DNA of 64,000 nt from a bacterium (lineage in GTDB: Bacteria > Actinomycetota > Acidimicrobiia > Acidimicrobiales > Bin134). Below, piece after piece: positions 62,611 to 64,000 of this stretch (within the stretch, counting starts at the first letter, position 1; each line of letters opens with the position of its first letter). The position numbers and the translations under genes were made by a program. Under the pieces are notes generated by a model that made no database searches, had not been told where the DNA came from, and saw only the letters and a program-made list of their open reading frames with translations. The stretch covers positions 4,363 to 68,362 of the forward strand of contig JAPOSH010000055.1 of the NCBI GenBank assembly GCA_026709815.1. Reading direction: 5' to 3'.

Positions 62611-63591
62611 TTGTCCGACAACCATCCCGCCACTCTGAAGCGAGGAGACCAGAGCGACGAAGTCCTCTTGTTGCAGCAGCGGTTGGCGATCGCAGGCTTT
62701 TCTATGGGGCTGTCAGTCAATGGGGTCTTTGACACTTCGACCGCAGCCGCGGTGGCCGACTTCCAAGCCAGCAGAGGTCTCAGCGTAGACGGGATCTGCG
62801 GACCCCACACCTGGACCGCGTTACAGGAAGCCGGCTGGGTTCTTGGCGAGCGGCGTCTCTCTTTGTGCCAGCCCATGCTGCGGGGTGACGACGTGGCCGA
62901 GTTACAGCTGCGCCTCGGGTCTTTGGGATTTGACGCCGGTCGGGTAGACGGCATTTTCGGCCCCGACACTGCTGAGGCCGTAAGAGAGTTCCAACTCAAC
63001 AGCGGCCTCACCTCCAACGGAGTTTGCGGAGAAACCACTACCGGGGCCCTGGCGCGGATGTCAGCCCGTGTTGTCCCCGCTACCGTGGCCGCAGTTCGCG
63101 AACGAGCCAAACTTCAACAAGCTCCCAGACGGCTTACTGAACGGCACATCATCATTGCATCCACTACCAGCACGGTCGCAGTGGCCGGTGAATTGGCCAC
63201 CGGATTGCGGCGCTCGGGTGCAACCGTCAGCGAAGCATGCAACTGGACCGAGTCCAAGCGAGTCAGCGAAGCCAACCGCCTTGAAGTCGATGTGTATCTA
63301 GAACTGCTCCCATCTGACGAAGCTACATGCCGGGTGGCTTATTTTGCCACTGAGGGATTCGTGTCACCCGGGGGGCAGCGCCTCGCTAGTATCCTGGGCC
63401 AGCGGCTTCCGGCTGCACTAGGCGTTGACAAAGCTGACGTGAGGGGCATGCGCTTGCCCGTCCTGCGGTATACCCGCATGACCGCAGTCCAGTGCCTTGT
63501 CGGCCCGCCGGGACTGGCCCAAGCCCGCCTTGCCCCTCTTGCCCGCTCCATCGAAAGCAGTCTTGCCTTCTGGGCGGCCCGACCTGTGTGA
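62611..63591 (+). CDS. cwlM: CwlM-like protein: two PG-binding repeats plus a degenerate amidase_3-like domain
   Basis: Two repeats (LKRGDQSDEVLLLQQRLAIAGF...DGVFDTSTAAAVADFQ and LRGDDVAELQLRLGSLGFD...DGIFGPDTAEAVREFQ). In the C-terminal domain the usual DPGHGG opening is replaced by IIIASTTST. TTG start with GGCAGGAGGG upstream. Confidence 0.75.
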   Translation: MSDNHPATLKRGDQSDEVLLLQQRLAIAGFSMGLSVNGVFDTSTAAAVADFQASRGLSVDGICGPHTWTALQEAGWVLGERRLSLCQPMLRGDDVAELQLRLGSLGFDAGRVDGIFGPDTAEAVREFQLNSGLTSNGVCGETTTGALARMSARVVPATVAAVRERAKLQQAPRRLTERHIIIASTTSTVAVAGELATGLRRSGATVSEACNWTESKRVSEANRLEVDVYLELLPSDEATCRVAYFATEGFVSPGGQRLASILGQRLPAALGVDKADVRGMRLPVLRYTRMTAVQCLVGPPGLAQARLAPLARSIESSLAFWAARPV

Positions 63592-64000
63592 TCAGGTCTG
63601 AAGCATCACCCGATAAATGCGTTCTAAGTCATCTAGGTCGGCAAACTGGATCACGAGTTTCCCCTGGTTCTTGCCGAGCGTCACATCCACCTTGGTGTCG
63701 AGATGATCGCTCAACAAACCTTCCAACTCCAATACCGCCGCGCCCCTGTCGGCGCTGACCGGTTTCTTGTCCGGTTGTTTGGGCCTCTTGTCCGCCGCGG
63801 CGATCTGACGTACCGCTTCTTCCACCATTCTGACGGTCAATTCATTGGACACTGCTTTTTTCGCTAGCGCGACCAAGCGCTTCTCGTTGGTCACCCCAAG
63901 CAGTGCCCGCGCATGGCCCGCCGACAAAGCACCCGCCACCACCATTTCCTTGACTTCGTCGGGAAGCTGAAGCAGGCGAACCGAATTGGCCACCGCCGAT
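63592..64000 (-). CDS. parB: chromosome partitioning protein ParB (N-terminus beyond window end)
   Basis: LQLPDEVKEMVVAGALSAGHARALLG (HTH region) and the C-terminal dimerisation tail KLVIQFADLDDLERI. The frame stays open to position 64000. Confidence 0.85.
   Translation of the reverse strand, partial: SAVANSVRLLQLPDEVKEMVVAGALSAGHARALLGVTNEKRLVALAKKAVSNELTVRMVEEAVRQIAAADKRPKQPDKKPVSADRGAAVLELEGLLSDHLDTKVDVTLGKNQGKLVIQFADLDDLERIYRVMLQT

Overview
High-GC actinobacterial-type chromosome segment: about 60-70% GC in hand-counted 60-nt samples, with WhiB, a GlnR-type regulator, a ZAS anti-sigma factor and CwlM. It probably lies close to the origin, because a trxB-trxA-cwlM-parB block sits at the right edge. 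The window is densely coding, and most long ORFs antisense to the calls below are high-GC shadow ORFs. From left to right the content is: nhaA (partial); an RsbW/RsbV-type partner-switching pair; a compact Tad/Flp pilus locus (2.0-5.9 kb); two NupP/NupQ-type ABC permeases with a CoA-transferase and an SDR; tRNA-Pro(CGG); a receiver protein, a STAS protein, NfeD and WhiB; selB-selA; fxsA, mrp, erpA and a compact 2Fe-2S/XDH-like protein; a nitrogen block (glnE, ridA, glnR-like, glnA2, glnA, nadE); a group 1/2 sigma factor; tRNA-Sec (selC); a composite ABC-importer locus (30-37.4 kb); a rhomboid-like protein and an arylsulfatase; an oxidative cluster (BVMO, two P450s, an orphan SBP, a methyltransferase, an ACAD); sigH-like/anti-sigma; metalloprotease-tilS-hpt; a second Tad-like operon (51.6-60.8 kb); then trxB, trxA, cwlM and parB (partial). 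The most interesting region is the second Tad-like operon. It has ten translationally coupled genes, a GC trough, an atypical pilin and a degenerate ParA-like protein. It ends in a 1024-aa membrane protein that combines two LysM domains with a C-terminal SARP-type (winged-helix + BTAD) module. Secondary points: the Sec-decoding machinery is dispersed, with no selD or selenoprotein gene visible in the window; the ABC importer has a fused OpuAC+BMP binding lipoprotein and its cognate permeases lie 22 kb away; and there are two short tandem duplications at gene 3' ends. All calls rest on reading the translations and the sequence by eye. No database search was run.
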